Part shown: piece by piece, positions 9,636 through 18,359 of the stretch
Layout: the number at the start of each line of letters is the position of its first letter
Numbering within the stretch: the stretch's first letter is position 1
DNA from: Bdellovibrionales bacterium
GTDB taxonomy: Bacteria; Bdellovibrionota; Bdellovibrionia; Bdellovibrionales; UBA1609
Assembly (NCBI GenBank): GCA_965204055.1
Contig: OZ241967.1
Coordinates: 834,144 to 898,143, forward strand
Direction of reading: 5' to 3'
DNA: 64,000 nt
Made by a program: the position numbers and the translations under genes
The notes under the pieces: generated by a model
What the model was told of the DNA's origin: nothing
The model's database searches: none
What the model saw: only the letters and a program-made list of their open reading frames with translations

Positions 9636-10114
9636 AAGCTTCTCCTGTTTTATTACCCCATTAAATTATTATATTTCCCTGCAATTTTTTACGGTGACTT
9701 TACCAAATGGGTTACAATCCATAGACTTTAAGTAAAAGTTGTTCCAGTAGGCATTCAAAGACTTCTGATTACACTCCTGAAAGATGGGAAATCTGAAAAC
9801 TAAAATGGGAGACTTTCGGGAGGATTATACTCCTTATAGTTAACCTTCAACAAATTAACTGAAACTGGCCTTTAATGGCAAGAGAAAAACTAGTCGTCCA
9901 GACGGTTTTTAATAATTTTCCTGACGATTATCTTCAAATCCTTTTTCGTCCCCTTTTTCGTAAAAATCCAATAATAACAAGGTGTTAACAGTTTTTTTTC
10001 GGATGACTGTTTAATCTAAAAAAAACTGTTGACATTTACCCCCCCCCATTAGTCTGGGAGCTGGGCTTGTTTTTCAAGTGCCATAATAAAAACAAAAATT
10101 AAGGAGGTGTAGTT

Positions 10115-10546
10115 ATGAAATATGTAGTTGGGATTTTTATGCTTTTAGGCTGTGGTTTAGCTGGAGCTGTGTCTCCCTTCAATCATGGATCGAGGTGTTT
10201 AGAACATGCGTATATTGGGGGACAGGTTACCTGTGTTGAGTCTTATATTTGTCGTCCAGCAAAGGGGGGTGAGGTAGCCACAGTGCAATGTGTTTGTGAA
10301 TTAGATAGAGGACAGACGCTGGAAGGTTTTAACAGTACTGGGGAGAATTTGTCTGCTCAATTAGCAGAAGAAGAGGCCAGGGCAATTTGTAACTTTATTT
10401 TGGATGAAGAGTTAGCAAAAAAGAAAAACCCTCAATCTTGGACAAAAAATATAACTTGTAGTGAACCAAGTTATTGTTTTTATTGCGATCCAGACCAAGA
10501 TCTGGACTGTTCTGCTGAAGCTACAGACGGTTCTGGAGGGGAATGA
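10115..10546 (+). CDS. small secreted Cys-rich protein
   Basis: Strong SD (AAGGAGG) upstream. Signal peptide MKYVVGIFMLLGCGLAGA. Many Cys residues. Shares a TVxCxC...SAQ...C motif with the next gene. Confidence 0.6.
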   Translation: MKYVVGIFMLLGCGLAGAVSPFNHGSRCLEHAYIGGQVTCVESYICRPAKGGEVATVQCVCELDRGQTLEGFNSTGENLSAQLAEEEARAICNFILDEELAKKKNPQSWTKNITCSEPSYCFYCDPDQDLDCSAEATDGSGGE

Positions 10547-10601
10547 TTATGAGAAAGGTTTGTATTACCTGTGTCGTGCAAAAACCAAACTCTGAAGGGG
10601 A

Positions 10602-10916
10602 ATGATTATGAGAGTTTATATAAAATATCTGCTTTTTATAGGGCTTTTTAGTTTTTTGTTTATTTCCTGTGGAGAGGGAGAGAAAACAAAAGACTCTAAT
10701 AATAAAACCACCAGTGGAAAAACTAATAGTTCAATAAAGAAGGAAACTCCAGCAACTAATATTAAGGTTGAGGGGCAATCTGTGACTGTGCTTTGCCAGT
10801 GCGATAATAAGAGCTTTGTTCGAGGATCGGGGGATGATCAAAATTCAGCTCAAGAAAATGCTAAAAGTAAATGTTCTGATAAAACCGCATCTGTTAAAAA
10901 TTGTAGAAGCTTTTAA
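10602..10916 (+). CDS. small secreted protein or possible lipoprotein, paralog of the preceding gene
   Basis: Signal peptide ending FLFISCGEG (lipobox-like). VTVLCQCDN...NSAQENAKSKC parallels ATVQCVCEL...LSAQLAEEEARAIC in the upstream protein. Confidence 0.6.
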   Translation: MIMRVYIKYLLFIGLFSFLFISCGEGEKTKDSNNKTTSGKTNSSIKKETPATNIKVEGQSVTVLCQCDNKSFVRGSGDDQNSAQENAKSKCSDKTASVKNCRSF

Positions 10917-11013
10917 GACAGTCAAAGAAAAGCTGTTAAGAATGGTAGAAGCTTTTAAGATAGCCAAAGTAGTATAGGAATAATTTGTTTTTCGTATCCT
11001 TTACAGGTTTTTA

Positions 11014-11040
11014 CCCCTCGCTTAAAAGGCGAGGGGTTTT
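11014..11040 (+). terminator. intrinsic terminator hairpin
   Basis: CCCCTCGC-TTAAAAG-GCGAGGGG followed by TTTT. Sits between convergent genes 10602-10916 (+) and ahcY (-). Confidence 0.55.
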
Positions 11041-11058
11041 ATTTGGTGCAAAAAAATT

Positions 11059-12408
11059 TTAATATTTATAATCATTTGGTTTGTAGGGGCCGTTCACACT
11101 TAAGCCTAAGTATTCTGCTTGGGTAGGGGTAAGCTTAGTGAGCTTGGCGTTTATATGATCTAAATGCAAATGAGCTACTTTTTCATCCAAGGTTTTAGGT
11201 AGACGGTAAACTCCGGGTGTATAGTTACCTTTATTTTTCCATAAATCCATCTGAGCCAGTGCTTGGTTACAAAAAGAGTTACTCATTACAAAAGAGGGAT
11301 GACCAGTAGCACACCCTAAGTTTACTAAACGGCCTTCTGCTAAAATAATAATCTCCCGCCCGTCTAAAAAGCGATGCAGATCCACTTGGGGTTTTAAGGT
11401 TGTTTTTTTACTGTTTTGGTTCAACCACTTCATATCTACTTCTAAATCAAAATGACCAATGTTGCAGACAATGGCCCCACTTTTCATTTTCAAAAAATGC
11501 TGTTGTGTAATGATGTCTCTACACCCTGTGGCTGTAACAAAAATATCTATCTGATCCGCTACATCGTCTATACGAACCACGCTATAACCTTCCATACCAG
11601 CCTGTAAAGCACAGATAGGATCCACTTCAGAAATAAGGACACGCGCCCCATAAGAGCGAAGGCTTTGAGCAGATCCTTTTCCCACATCTCCATAGCCCGC
11701 CACTAAGGTGGTTTTTCCGGCCAGCATAATGTCGGTGGCTCGCTTTATGCCATCTACTAAAGACTCTCTACACCCGTAAAGGTTATCGAACTTGGACTTG
11801 GTTACAGAATCATTAACATTAATAGCCGGTGCTTTTAGTTTTCCTTCCCTGTGCAGTCTTTCCAGATTTCTTACACCTGTGGTAGTTTCTTCAGAAATGC
11901 CCACTATTTTTTTCATAAGGTGGTTATATTCTGGTTTGTGCATGACATTGGTTAGATCTCCCCCATCATCTAAAATAAGATCAAAGCCCTCCGACCCCCA
12001 ACCTTTAAGGGTTTGTTGGATACACCACCAGTATTCTTCTTCTGTTTCTCCCTTCCAAGCAAAAACAGGAACTCCCGCTTGCGCCATAGCCACTGCCGCG
12101 TGATCTTGGGTGGAATAAATATTGCAAGAACTCCACCGAACTTTAGCACCTAATTCTATCAGAGTTTCTATCAGAACGGCTGTTTGAATGGTGAGGTGCA
12201 GGCAACCTGTTATGCGCGCGCCTTGTAAAGGCTTTGATTTTGCATATTCTTTTCTTAAGGACATCAATCCGGGCATTTCGTTTTCAGCCAGGCGAATCTC
12301 CTCTCGCCCATATTGGTTAAGGGCTTTCATTTTTTCTGGATTATCCATAGCGGTTTGGCAAACTCGATAATCTTGTTTTTCGTTTTCTTTTCTTTTTAAC
12401 TCTCCCAT
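11059..12408 (-). CDS. ahcY: adenosylhomocysteinase
   Basis: 449 aa with the NAD-binding GYGDVGKG motif and conserved SAHH blocks (DDGGD, EETTTGV, HFD.E). Confidence 0.95.
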   Translation of the reverse strand: MGELKRKENEKQDYRVCQTAMDNPEKMKALNQYGREEIRLAENEMPGLMSLRKEYAKSKPLQGARITGCLHLTIQTAVLIETLIELGAKVRWSSCNIYSTQDHAAVAMAQAGVPVFAWKGETEEEYWWCIQQTLKGWGSEGFDLILDDGGDLTNVMHKPEYNHLMKKIVGISEETTTGVRNLERLHREGKLKAPAINVNDSVTKSKFDNLYGCRESLVDGIKRATDIMLAGKTTLVAGYGDVGKGSAQSLRSYGARVLISEVDPICALQAGMEGYSVVRIDDVADQIDIFVTATGCRDIITQQHFLKMKSGAIVCNIGHFDLEVDMKWLNQNSKKTTLKPQVDLHRFLDGREIIILAEGRLVNLGCATGHPSFVMSNSFCNQALAQMDLWKNKGNYTPGVYRLPKTLDEKVAHLHLDHINAKLTKLTPTQAEYLGLSVNGPYKPNDYKY

Positions 12409-12760
12409 TGATCTGGTCTCCTTTTTAATTAAGTGTGTTTTTGCTTTTTAACCTCTAAAAAAATAAAAATCCAATATAGACTGTAAAAAAACTGGTTCTT
12501 TACTTCTCTAAAGGACTTCTTCTTACAGCCGTATGTGTTCCTGACCAAGGTGGAGCAGGTCAGGGATGTCAATATTGTCAATAAAATGTAACACCATATA
12601 TCCTGAAAATCAACTAAAGTGCATATTTTATAATTGTTTTTAGAATAAAATACTGTATTATTTAGAGATCAGTAGTAGTTGGATATTTATACGCGGAAAC
12701 GTATAGAAGAAAATACTATATTATTAAGGGGAAGTAATAGTCCGTATAAAGGAGGACAAT

Positions 12761-14911
12761 ATGGGAAGTAAAAAGCAGAGCAGTAAAAATCAAAATGTGG
12801 GTGTTTTTATATTTATATTTGTTTTTTTGACAATAAACTGCACCGGAAAAAAAGATGTTGTTGTAAAACCATTAACCGCAGATGATGTAAAACGCGCGCC
12901 TTTAGAAAACAAACAATTAGAAGGTGAAGTGTCTCAGAACAATAAAGCTACCTCCGCTGGAATGGCGACAAAGGAACAAAAAACAGATGGAACAACAGAA
13001 GCGAAGGGAATAAAACAGACAGGTAGTAGGGCATGGATAACAGGCAGAGTAACCGAAACAAAAGAAAATAATGATAACAAAGCAGATGAACCACAACAAG
13101 TTGCAAAAGAAGGTGAAGACGATCTAAAGAAGCAGGTTGTTGCAAAAAAAGATGAAGACGAACCAAAAATCGCAAAAAAAGTGGATGATTGGCAGTTTAC
13201 TCCCTCTTTAGCTTTATCTGATGGGTTAGGAGTAGTCACGCAGAAGGGGGGTGTTAGACGCAGAACTTTGCAGGTAGATTCCCTTGCCAGTTCTTCTATA
13301 GCCTCTGCTTCATTAGGGTTTTCTGTTGGTGGAGCTAAAAGTATTAACTCTTTTCGAGAAAATATTAAAAATAACTTTTTACCTCTTCTAACAGACATAA
13401 CTTATGAAGGCTTGTTTTACGATTACTTTTTTGATACTTCCGTTAAAAAACCTATTTCCTGTGATAAGCTTTTTTGCCCTTCCTATACCACGGCAATATC
13501 TAAAGATCCTTTTTCCAAAAAATCTGAGTATTTTTTATCCGTAGGGCTTAATTCTAATATTAAAAAAAGCGATTTTTCTCGCAAAACATTAAACTTGATT
13601 ATTGTCCTGGATATTTCCAGCTCCATGTCATCCCCCTTTAATCGCTATTATTATGATCAACTTAGTGCTGTTGTCCATCCAAGAGCCCCTGTCCATCCAG
13701 GAGAACAACCTAAAAAGCCAAGCTTTGATGAGGAAAAAGAATGGAATAAAACAAAAATGCAAGTAGCTAAGGAATCAGTAGTAGGTTTGCTGAAACACCT
13801 TAAACCGGAAGATAGTTTGGGAGTGGTATTATTCGACGATCAAGCTTACCTGGCTAAACCTCTTCGAAAAGTAGTAGAAACGGATATGAAAGCCATAGAA
13901 GGACATATTATGGAGCTTGAATCCCAAGGAGGAACAAATATGTCTGCTGGTTTGCAAAGGGCTGGTGATTTGTTTAAACAACTGGGATTTAACAATAGTG
14001 ACAAAGTAGAAAATCGTATTATTTTTTTGACAGATGCCCAGCCTAACCAAGGGGATTTGAGTGAAAAAGGCCTGGCCGGCTTAGCTAAATCCTTAGCTCA
14101 AAATCAGGTTTACACTACTTTTATAGGTGTGGGGGTGGATTTTAACACGCAGTTAATTGAATCCATTACAAAACTCAGAGGGGCTAATTATTATTCTGTT
14201 CATTCTCCTAAGGAGTTTAAAGATCGAATGGATAAAAACTTTGATTACATGGTTACCCCTTTGGTGTTTAACTTGAAATTGCAAGTGGAGACGGAGGGGT
14301 TTGAAATTCAAAAAGTGTATGGTTCACCAGAGGCGAACCAGGTGGAAGGGGAAATTATGACAGTCAACACGCTTTTTCCCTCTGAAAGTGTAGAGGGTAA
14401 AACACGTGGCGGGTTGGTGTTGCTTCACTTAAAGAAAACAGGGGATAAAGAAGAAAACCACATTCAGTTAAAGGTCAGCTATGAGAACAGGCAAGGGAAT
14501 AAAGACACTGACACCACTGAAATTGAATTTGAGAAACAAGAGGATTATTATGCTAATACTGGAGTGCAAAAAGGGATTTTGTTGGTTCGTTATGCCAATT
14601 TATTGAGAGATTGGATAGTATTCGAAAGATTAGACAAAACAGGCTGGGAGGTGGAGGATTCGGGGGGGCAAAATTCTTTTGTTATTCAGGAGTGGTATAA
14701 GGAGTTAGGTATTCCATCTAACACAGATAGACATTTTGGTTCGTCCACTCGGTGGGAGAGGAAGTCTAAACCTTTAGTGGTTTCTCCTGAGTATAAAAAA
14801 ATATTTACGCAATTTTTACTTTATTTGGAACAAGAGATAAAAGCCATAGGTGACCAAACTATAAAACAGGAAGCAGAAATTTTAAGGACTTTAATCGACT
14901 TGGATAGGTAA
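12761..14911 (+). CDS. secreted von Willebrand factor type A domain protein (YfbK-like architecture)
   Basis: SD AAGGAGG upstream and an N-terminal signal peptide. MIDAS motif in IIVLDISSSMS, with later GGTNM and FLTDAQPN. K/E/D-rich linker near the N-terminus. Confidence 0.8.
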   Translation: MGSKKQSSKNQNVGVFIFIFVFLTINCTGKKDVVVKPLTADDVKRAPLENKQLEGEVSQNNKATSAGMATKEQKTDGTTEAKGIKQTGSRAWITGRVTETKENNDNKADEPQQVAKEGEDDLKKQVVAKKDEDEPKIAKKVDDWQFTPSLALSDGLGVVTQKGGVRRRTLQVDSLASSSIASASLGFSVGGAKSINSFRENIKNNFLPLLTDITYEGLFYDYFFDTSVKKPISCDKLFCPSYTTAISKDPFSKKSEYFLSVGLNSNIKKSDFSRKTLNLIIVLDISSSMSSPFNRYYYDQLSAVVHPRAPVHPGEQPKKPSFDEEKEWNKTKMQVAKESVVGLLKHLKPEDSLGVVLFDDQAYLAKPLRKVVETDMKAIEGHIMELESQGGTNMSAGLQRAGDLFKQLGFNNSDKVENRIIFLTDAQPNQGDLSEKGLAGLAKSLAQNQVYTTFIGVGVDFNTQLIESITKLRGANYYSVHSPKEFKDRMDKNFDYMVTPLVFNLKLQVETEGFEIQKVYGSPEANQVEGEIMTVNTLFPSESVEGKTRGGLVLLHLKKTGDKEENHIQLKVSYENRQGNKDTDTTEIEFEKQEDYYANTGVQKGILLVRYANLLRDWIVFERLDKTGWEVEDSGGQNSFVIQEWYKELGIPSNTDRHFGSSTRWERKSKPLVVSPEYKKIFTQFLLYLEQEIKAIGDQTIKQEAEILRTLIDLDR

Positions 14912-14937
14912 AAATCTAAAAAAACTGATAAAATGTT

Positions 14938-15005
14938 ATTTGGATAAGTAAAAATTCGGATAAAAATTCGGATAAATTCGGATAAAATTCGGAATCCGAA
15001 TTTTT
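14938..15005. repeat. TTCGGA(TA) short tandem repeats ending in a palindrome
   Basis: TTCGGA occurs at 14955, 14967, 14977 and 14988, with inverted TCCGAA at 14995. The last pair forms AAAATTCGG-AAT-CCGAATTTT, which may also be the terminator of the vWA gene. Confidence 0.8.
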
Positions 15006-15061
15006 ACAGATCAAAACCGCGTTTTTTTTAAGTTTTCAGGTATCTGGACTTTGCTGATATA

Positions 15062-16507
15062 TTGAGTATGAAAATTTTTTCTTTTACTCAAGATGGAAAT
15101 AAAATCATTCCTGTAGAGGTGCAATTAAGCTTGATTCCGGGTTTGCCTCAGGTGCAATTTACGGGATTGCCGGATATGGCTATTAAAGAAAGCGTTATGC
15201 GGATTAAATCTGCTATTCGTGCTCAAGGGTTTGAGTGGCCTAAAACCCGGCAAATGATAATCAATCTAAGACCTGCTCATTTAAAGAAAAGCTCGCAAGG
15301 TGTGGAGTTGGCTATTGCTTGTGCTTTACTGTGGAAAACAGGGCAATTAAAACCTCCGCCTGATATGTCTTCTCCTTTTTATGTTTATGGAGAGCTATCC
15401 TTGGATGGGACTGTATCCGCGCCCGATGATTGGGAGAGCTTGCCCTCAAGAAAAGAAGGAATATTGACGGGCAGAATAGAAAAAGAAAATTATCTGTGTC
15501 CTTTGTTTCAAGTTAGTTGTTTAAAGGAGTTAGAAAACCCAGGTTTTGTTCCTGCACAGCCTTTAAGCCAGCTTTTGCAAAAACCTCCTATTCCTGATAT
15601 TTGTTTTTCCGAGAAATCAGCTTTTATTTTAGCTGTTACAGCTGTAGGTGCGCACCCTCTTTTACTGGCTGGGGAGGCGGGATCTGGAAAGAGTACATTA
15701 TCAGAACACTTGCCATATCTTCTACCCCCTCCTTCGTTATCTGAATTTCAGCAAGCTCGGCGAATTTGGTCTCGGACCGGGCAACAGTTAACATGGCGAC
15801 CATTTGTAAATCCTCATCATAGCATTACCGCGCTTTCTATGATAGGGGGAGGTTATCCTTTGTTTTTTGGAGAAATTACAAAGGCACATGGTGGGGTTTT
15901 GTTTATGGACGAATACCTGGAATTTCATCCCAGGGTGCAGGAGGCTCTTAGAGAACCTATAGAAAAAGGAGAAATTTGCATTTCCCGCAGAGGGCAAAGT
16001 GAGAAGTTTCCAGCTCGTTTTTTATTAGTGGCGGCAACCAATCTTTGCCCTTGTGGGGATTTAGTGCCAGGAAAATCCAATTCCTGTTCTTATTCTCTTA
16101 GGAGATGTTTTTCTGTTATGGATAGACTGAACGGCCCCATGTTGGATCGATTTGATATTTTGGCTTTTTCCACTCAATGGAAAAAGGGTGCACTGTCCGT
16201 TTCTTTAAAGGATATATACAAAAGGGTAATAAAAGCCTCAGAATTTCGCCAAAAAAGGAAACAAGAAAAAGTTAATGCTCAGCTTACTCTTCAGGAGTTA
16301 GAGTCTTCCTTGAGCACGTTTTTAAAGGAGACTCAGCTGGCCTCCAGTGTATCTTCTAAAAGGAGGAAAAAGGCTGTACTTAAAGTGGCACGCACTTTAG
16401 CGGATTTGAATGAGGAAAGTGAGATAAAAGCAGAGCATATTGAGCAAGCTAAGGAGTTAAGTTATTTACCCTTTGTGCAACTAAAAAATAGAGGCTTATT
16501 CCCTTGA
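15062..16507 (+). CDS. comM: Mg-chelatase-like AAA+ ATPase (YifB/ComM family)
   Basis: Lon-like N-terminal domain, Walker A GEAGSGKST, and FMDEYLEFHPRVQEALREPIEKGEICISR typical of the family. The ORF opens at a TTG at 15062; ATG at 15068 is an alternative start. Confidence 0.85.
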   Translation: MSMKIFSFTQDGNKIIPVEVQLSLIPGLPQVQFTGLPDMAIKESVMRIKSAIRAQGFEWPKTRQMIINLRPAHLKKSSQGVELAIACALLWKTGQLKPPPDMSSPFYVYGELSLDGTVSAPDDWESLPSRKEGILTGRIEKENYLCPLFQVSCLKELENPGFVPAQPLSQLLQKPPIPDICFSEKSAFILAVTAVGAHPLLLAGEAGSGKSTLSEHLPYLLPPPSLSEFQQARRIWSRTGQQLTWRPFVNPHHSITALSMIGGGYPLFFGEITKAHGGVLFMDEYLEFHPRVQEALREPIEKGEICISRRGQSEKFPARFLLVAATNLCPCGDLVPGKSNSCSYSLRRCFSVMDRLNGPMLDRFDILAFSTQWKKGALSVSLKDIYKRVIKASEFRQKRKQEKVNAQLTLQELESSLSTFLKETQLASSVSSKRRKKAVLKVARTLADLNEESEIKAEHIEQAKELSYLPFVQLKNRGLFP

Positions 16508-16608
16508 AGTGTATAATATAATCTTGGGTGTGACTTGTTTAGTGGATCAATAAAAATAAAACCAAAACTTTTAACTTGAAGTGTGTTCAAATTTTAGGTC
16601 TAAGCTGT

Positions 16609-17625
16609 TTAGTATCTAAGTAAAACTGCTCCGCTTGTCATACCCCCTCCCACCGCGAGCATTAAAATATTTTGTCCTCTTTTGATTTTTCCTTTTTCCA
16701 CGGCGCGAGCCATAGACAAAGGGATGGAAGCAGAAGAAGTATTGCCTGTCTCTTTAATATCAAAAATCACTTTTTCCTCAGGAAAGTTAACTAATTTAGA
16801 AAATTTTTTTAAAATTCTTTCGTTAGCCTGGTGAGGGACTATCCAATCAATTTGTTCTGGGGAAAATGAAGTTTTATTTAAGGCATTTTTATAGGATTCG
16901 CACATAATCTGGACTGCTTTTTTAAATACGGTTTGTCCATCCATTTGGATATAGGGTTCTGCTTTGTCTTCTGAAGAGGTGTCTTCTGAAGAGGAATAAT
17001 TATCTTTCTTTGCTGAATGTTTTGCCCCTGGTGCAGATATAAAAAGGGCTGACCCTAACTCTCCGTAGGCTTTTAATTCCTGGTAAAACACGCGCCCTCC
17101 TGTTTTAGGATCTTTGTTTTGGGATAGCACAAAAGCTCCTGCTCCGTCTCCAAACAAAATACAAGTGGAGCGATCTTTATAATCGGTTACATGGTGTAAG
17201 GTTTCTGTTCCCACTAAAAGAATATTTTTATAAGTTCCCGTTTGGATATATTGATCAGCTATACTCAGTCCATACATAAAACCACTGCAAGCTGAGGAAA
17301 TATCTAAACAGGGGATATGAGAGATATTCAGTTTTTTTTGTAATTTACAGGCCGTGTTGGGCATTATTTGATCGGGATAGAGGGTGGCGATCAAAATAAA
17401 ATCTAAATCTTCTGGCTTAAGTTGGCTTTGTTCAAAAGCTTTTAAAGAGGCTTTTAGAGCCATATCACTGGGCAATTCATTTTCATTAGAGATATGTCTT
17501 CTTTCGATACCGGTCCTTTGTTTAATCCATTTATCAGAGGTGTCTACCATTTTTTCCAGATCCTGGTTGGTTAGTATTTTTTTTGGCAGGTAGTATCCCA
17601 TTCCACTAATATGGCAATAATTCAT
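16609..17625 (-). CDS. fabH: 3-oxoacyl-ACP synthase III
   Basis: Active-site context ISSACSGF, plus HQAN and GNTSSASIP motifs. Contains a Ser/Asp/Glu-rich insertion that includes a 15-bp tandem duplication (16966-16995). Confidence 0.9.
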   Translation of the reverse strand: MNYCHISGMGYYLPKKILTNQDLEKMVDTSDKWIKQRTGIERRHISNENELPSDMALKASLKAFEQSQLKPEDLDFILIATLYPDQIMPNTACKLQKKLNISHIPCLDISSACSGFMYGLSIADQYIQTGTYKNILLVGTETLHHVTDYKDRSTCILFGDGAGAFVLSQNKDPKTGGRVFYQELKAYGELGSALFISAPGAKHSAKKDNYSSSEDTSSEDKAEPYIQMDGQTVFKKAVQIMCESYKNALNKTSFSPEQIDWIVPHQANERILKKFSKLVNFPEEKVIFDIKETGNTSSASIPLSMARAVEKGKIKRGQNILMLAVGGGMTSGAVLLRY

Positions 17626-18002
17626 TTTTTATATTCCTGTTGTTGTTTCGTTGTTTCTTCAAAAATGAGACGGGTTTTTGGGACCCGCCTAAAGGCGCAA
17701 ATCATATTGATTTAAGCCGGGCTATCACCTTATATTTACATGATGTGGGTTATGTTACAATTCTTTTATGCTTGAGGCTTTTCCTAAAGAGATGTTTTGT
17801 TTTAATGCTTTTATGTTGTTATGAGTGCATTGGTGATATTATTTACAGGAATAGGCTTAATTTTGAATCTAAAATTTCTGTAAAAAAGCGGGTTAAAGGC
17901 TTGTTTCGTCAAATTTGTCAAAAAAACCTTTTTTATTATGAGTGTTTTTGTGTTAAAATAGCTTTTTATAGTTTTTTCTGCTTTAAAATATGTGGAGATT
18001 TT

Positions 18003-18359
18003 ATGAGTTTTGACGCTTTAAAATATGTGGAAAATTTAAGAAAAGCAGGTGTTCCAGACAGGCAGGCAGAAGCTCAGGTGCGTATCCTGAATGAAACCAT
18101 TGACTCCAACTTAGCTACTAAAAGAGATATGAAGGAGATGGAACAGAAGCTGACCAGAGATATGAAGGAGATGGAACAGAAGCTGACCAGAGATATAAAG
18201 GAGATGGAACAGAAGCTGACCAGAGATATAAAGGAGATGGAACAGAAGCTGACCAGAGATATGAAAGAGATGGAACAAAGAATTGTAATCAAACTGGGAT
18301 CTCTGCTTACAGCTGGTCTTGTAGCTCTTGTGGCTTTATCTAAACTGAACTTAATTTGA
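18003..18359 (+). CDS. DUF1640-like coiled-coil protein with C-terminal membrane anchor
   Basis: MSFDALKYVENLRKAGVPDRQAEAQV... matches the DUF1640 N-terminus as I recall it. Five RDMKEMEQKLT repeats follow. C-terminal hydrophobic helix LGSLLTAGLVALVAL. The 239-aa ORF opening at 17640 looks like a spurious 5' extension. Confidence 0.65.
   Translation: MSFDALKYVENLRKAGVPDRQAEAQVRILNETIDSNLATKRDMKEMEQKLTRDMKEMEQKLTRDIKEMEQKLTRDIKEMEQKLTRDMKEMEQRIVIKLGSLLTAGLVALVALSKLNLI
18123..18281 (+). repeat. 33-bp in-frame tandem repeat, ~4.8 copies
   Basis: AGAGATATGAAGGAGATGGAACAGAAGCTGACC is repeated head-to-tail starting at 18123, 18156, 18189, 18222 and 18255, with 1-2 substitutions. Confidence 0.95.

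Noticed and set aside
12409-12600. Possible SAH riboswitch in the ahcY 5' leader. A hairpin CCTGACC-N12-GGTCAGG lies at 12540-12565, and the minus strand reads GGTCAGGAACAC.
   Set aside because: Beyond a GUCAGGA-like string I cannot find the conserved GAGGAGCGCUGC / AACGGCGCUC pseudoknot elements of the SAH riboswitch. It is more likely a plain hairpin or promoter-region structure. A covariance-model scan with Rfam RF01057 would settle it.
12934-13398. 154-aa antisense ORF inside the vWA gene. The same applies to 27636-28040 inside the symporter gene and 7460-7855 inside res.
   Set aside because: Each overlaps entirely with a well-supported gene on the other strand, has low-complexity composition and lacks an RBS.
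17640-18002. The N-terminal 121 codons of the 239-aa ORF upstream of the DUF1640-like sequence.
   Set aside because: It is Cys/Phe/Leu-rich translation of AT-rich intergenic DNA starting from a TTG. The conserved family N-terminus begins at the ATG at 18003.
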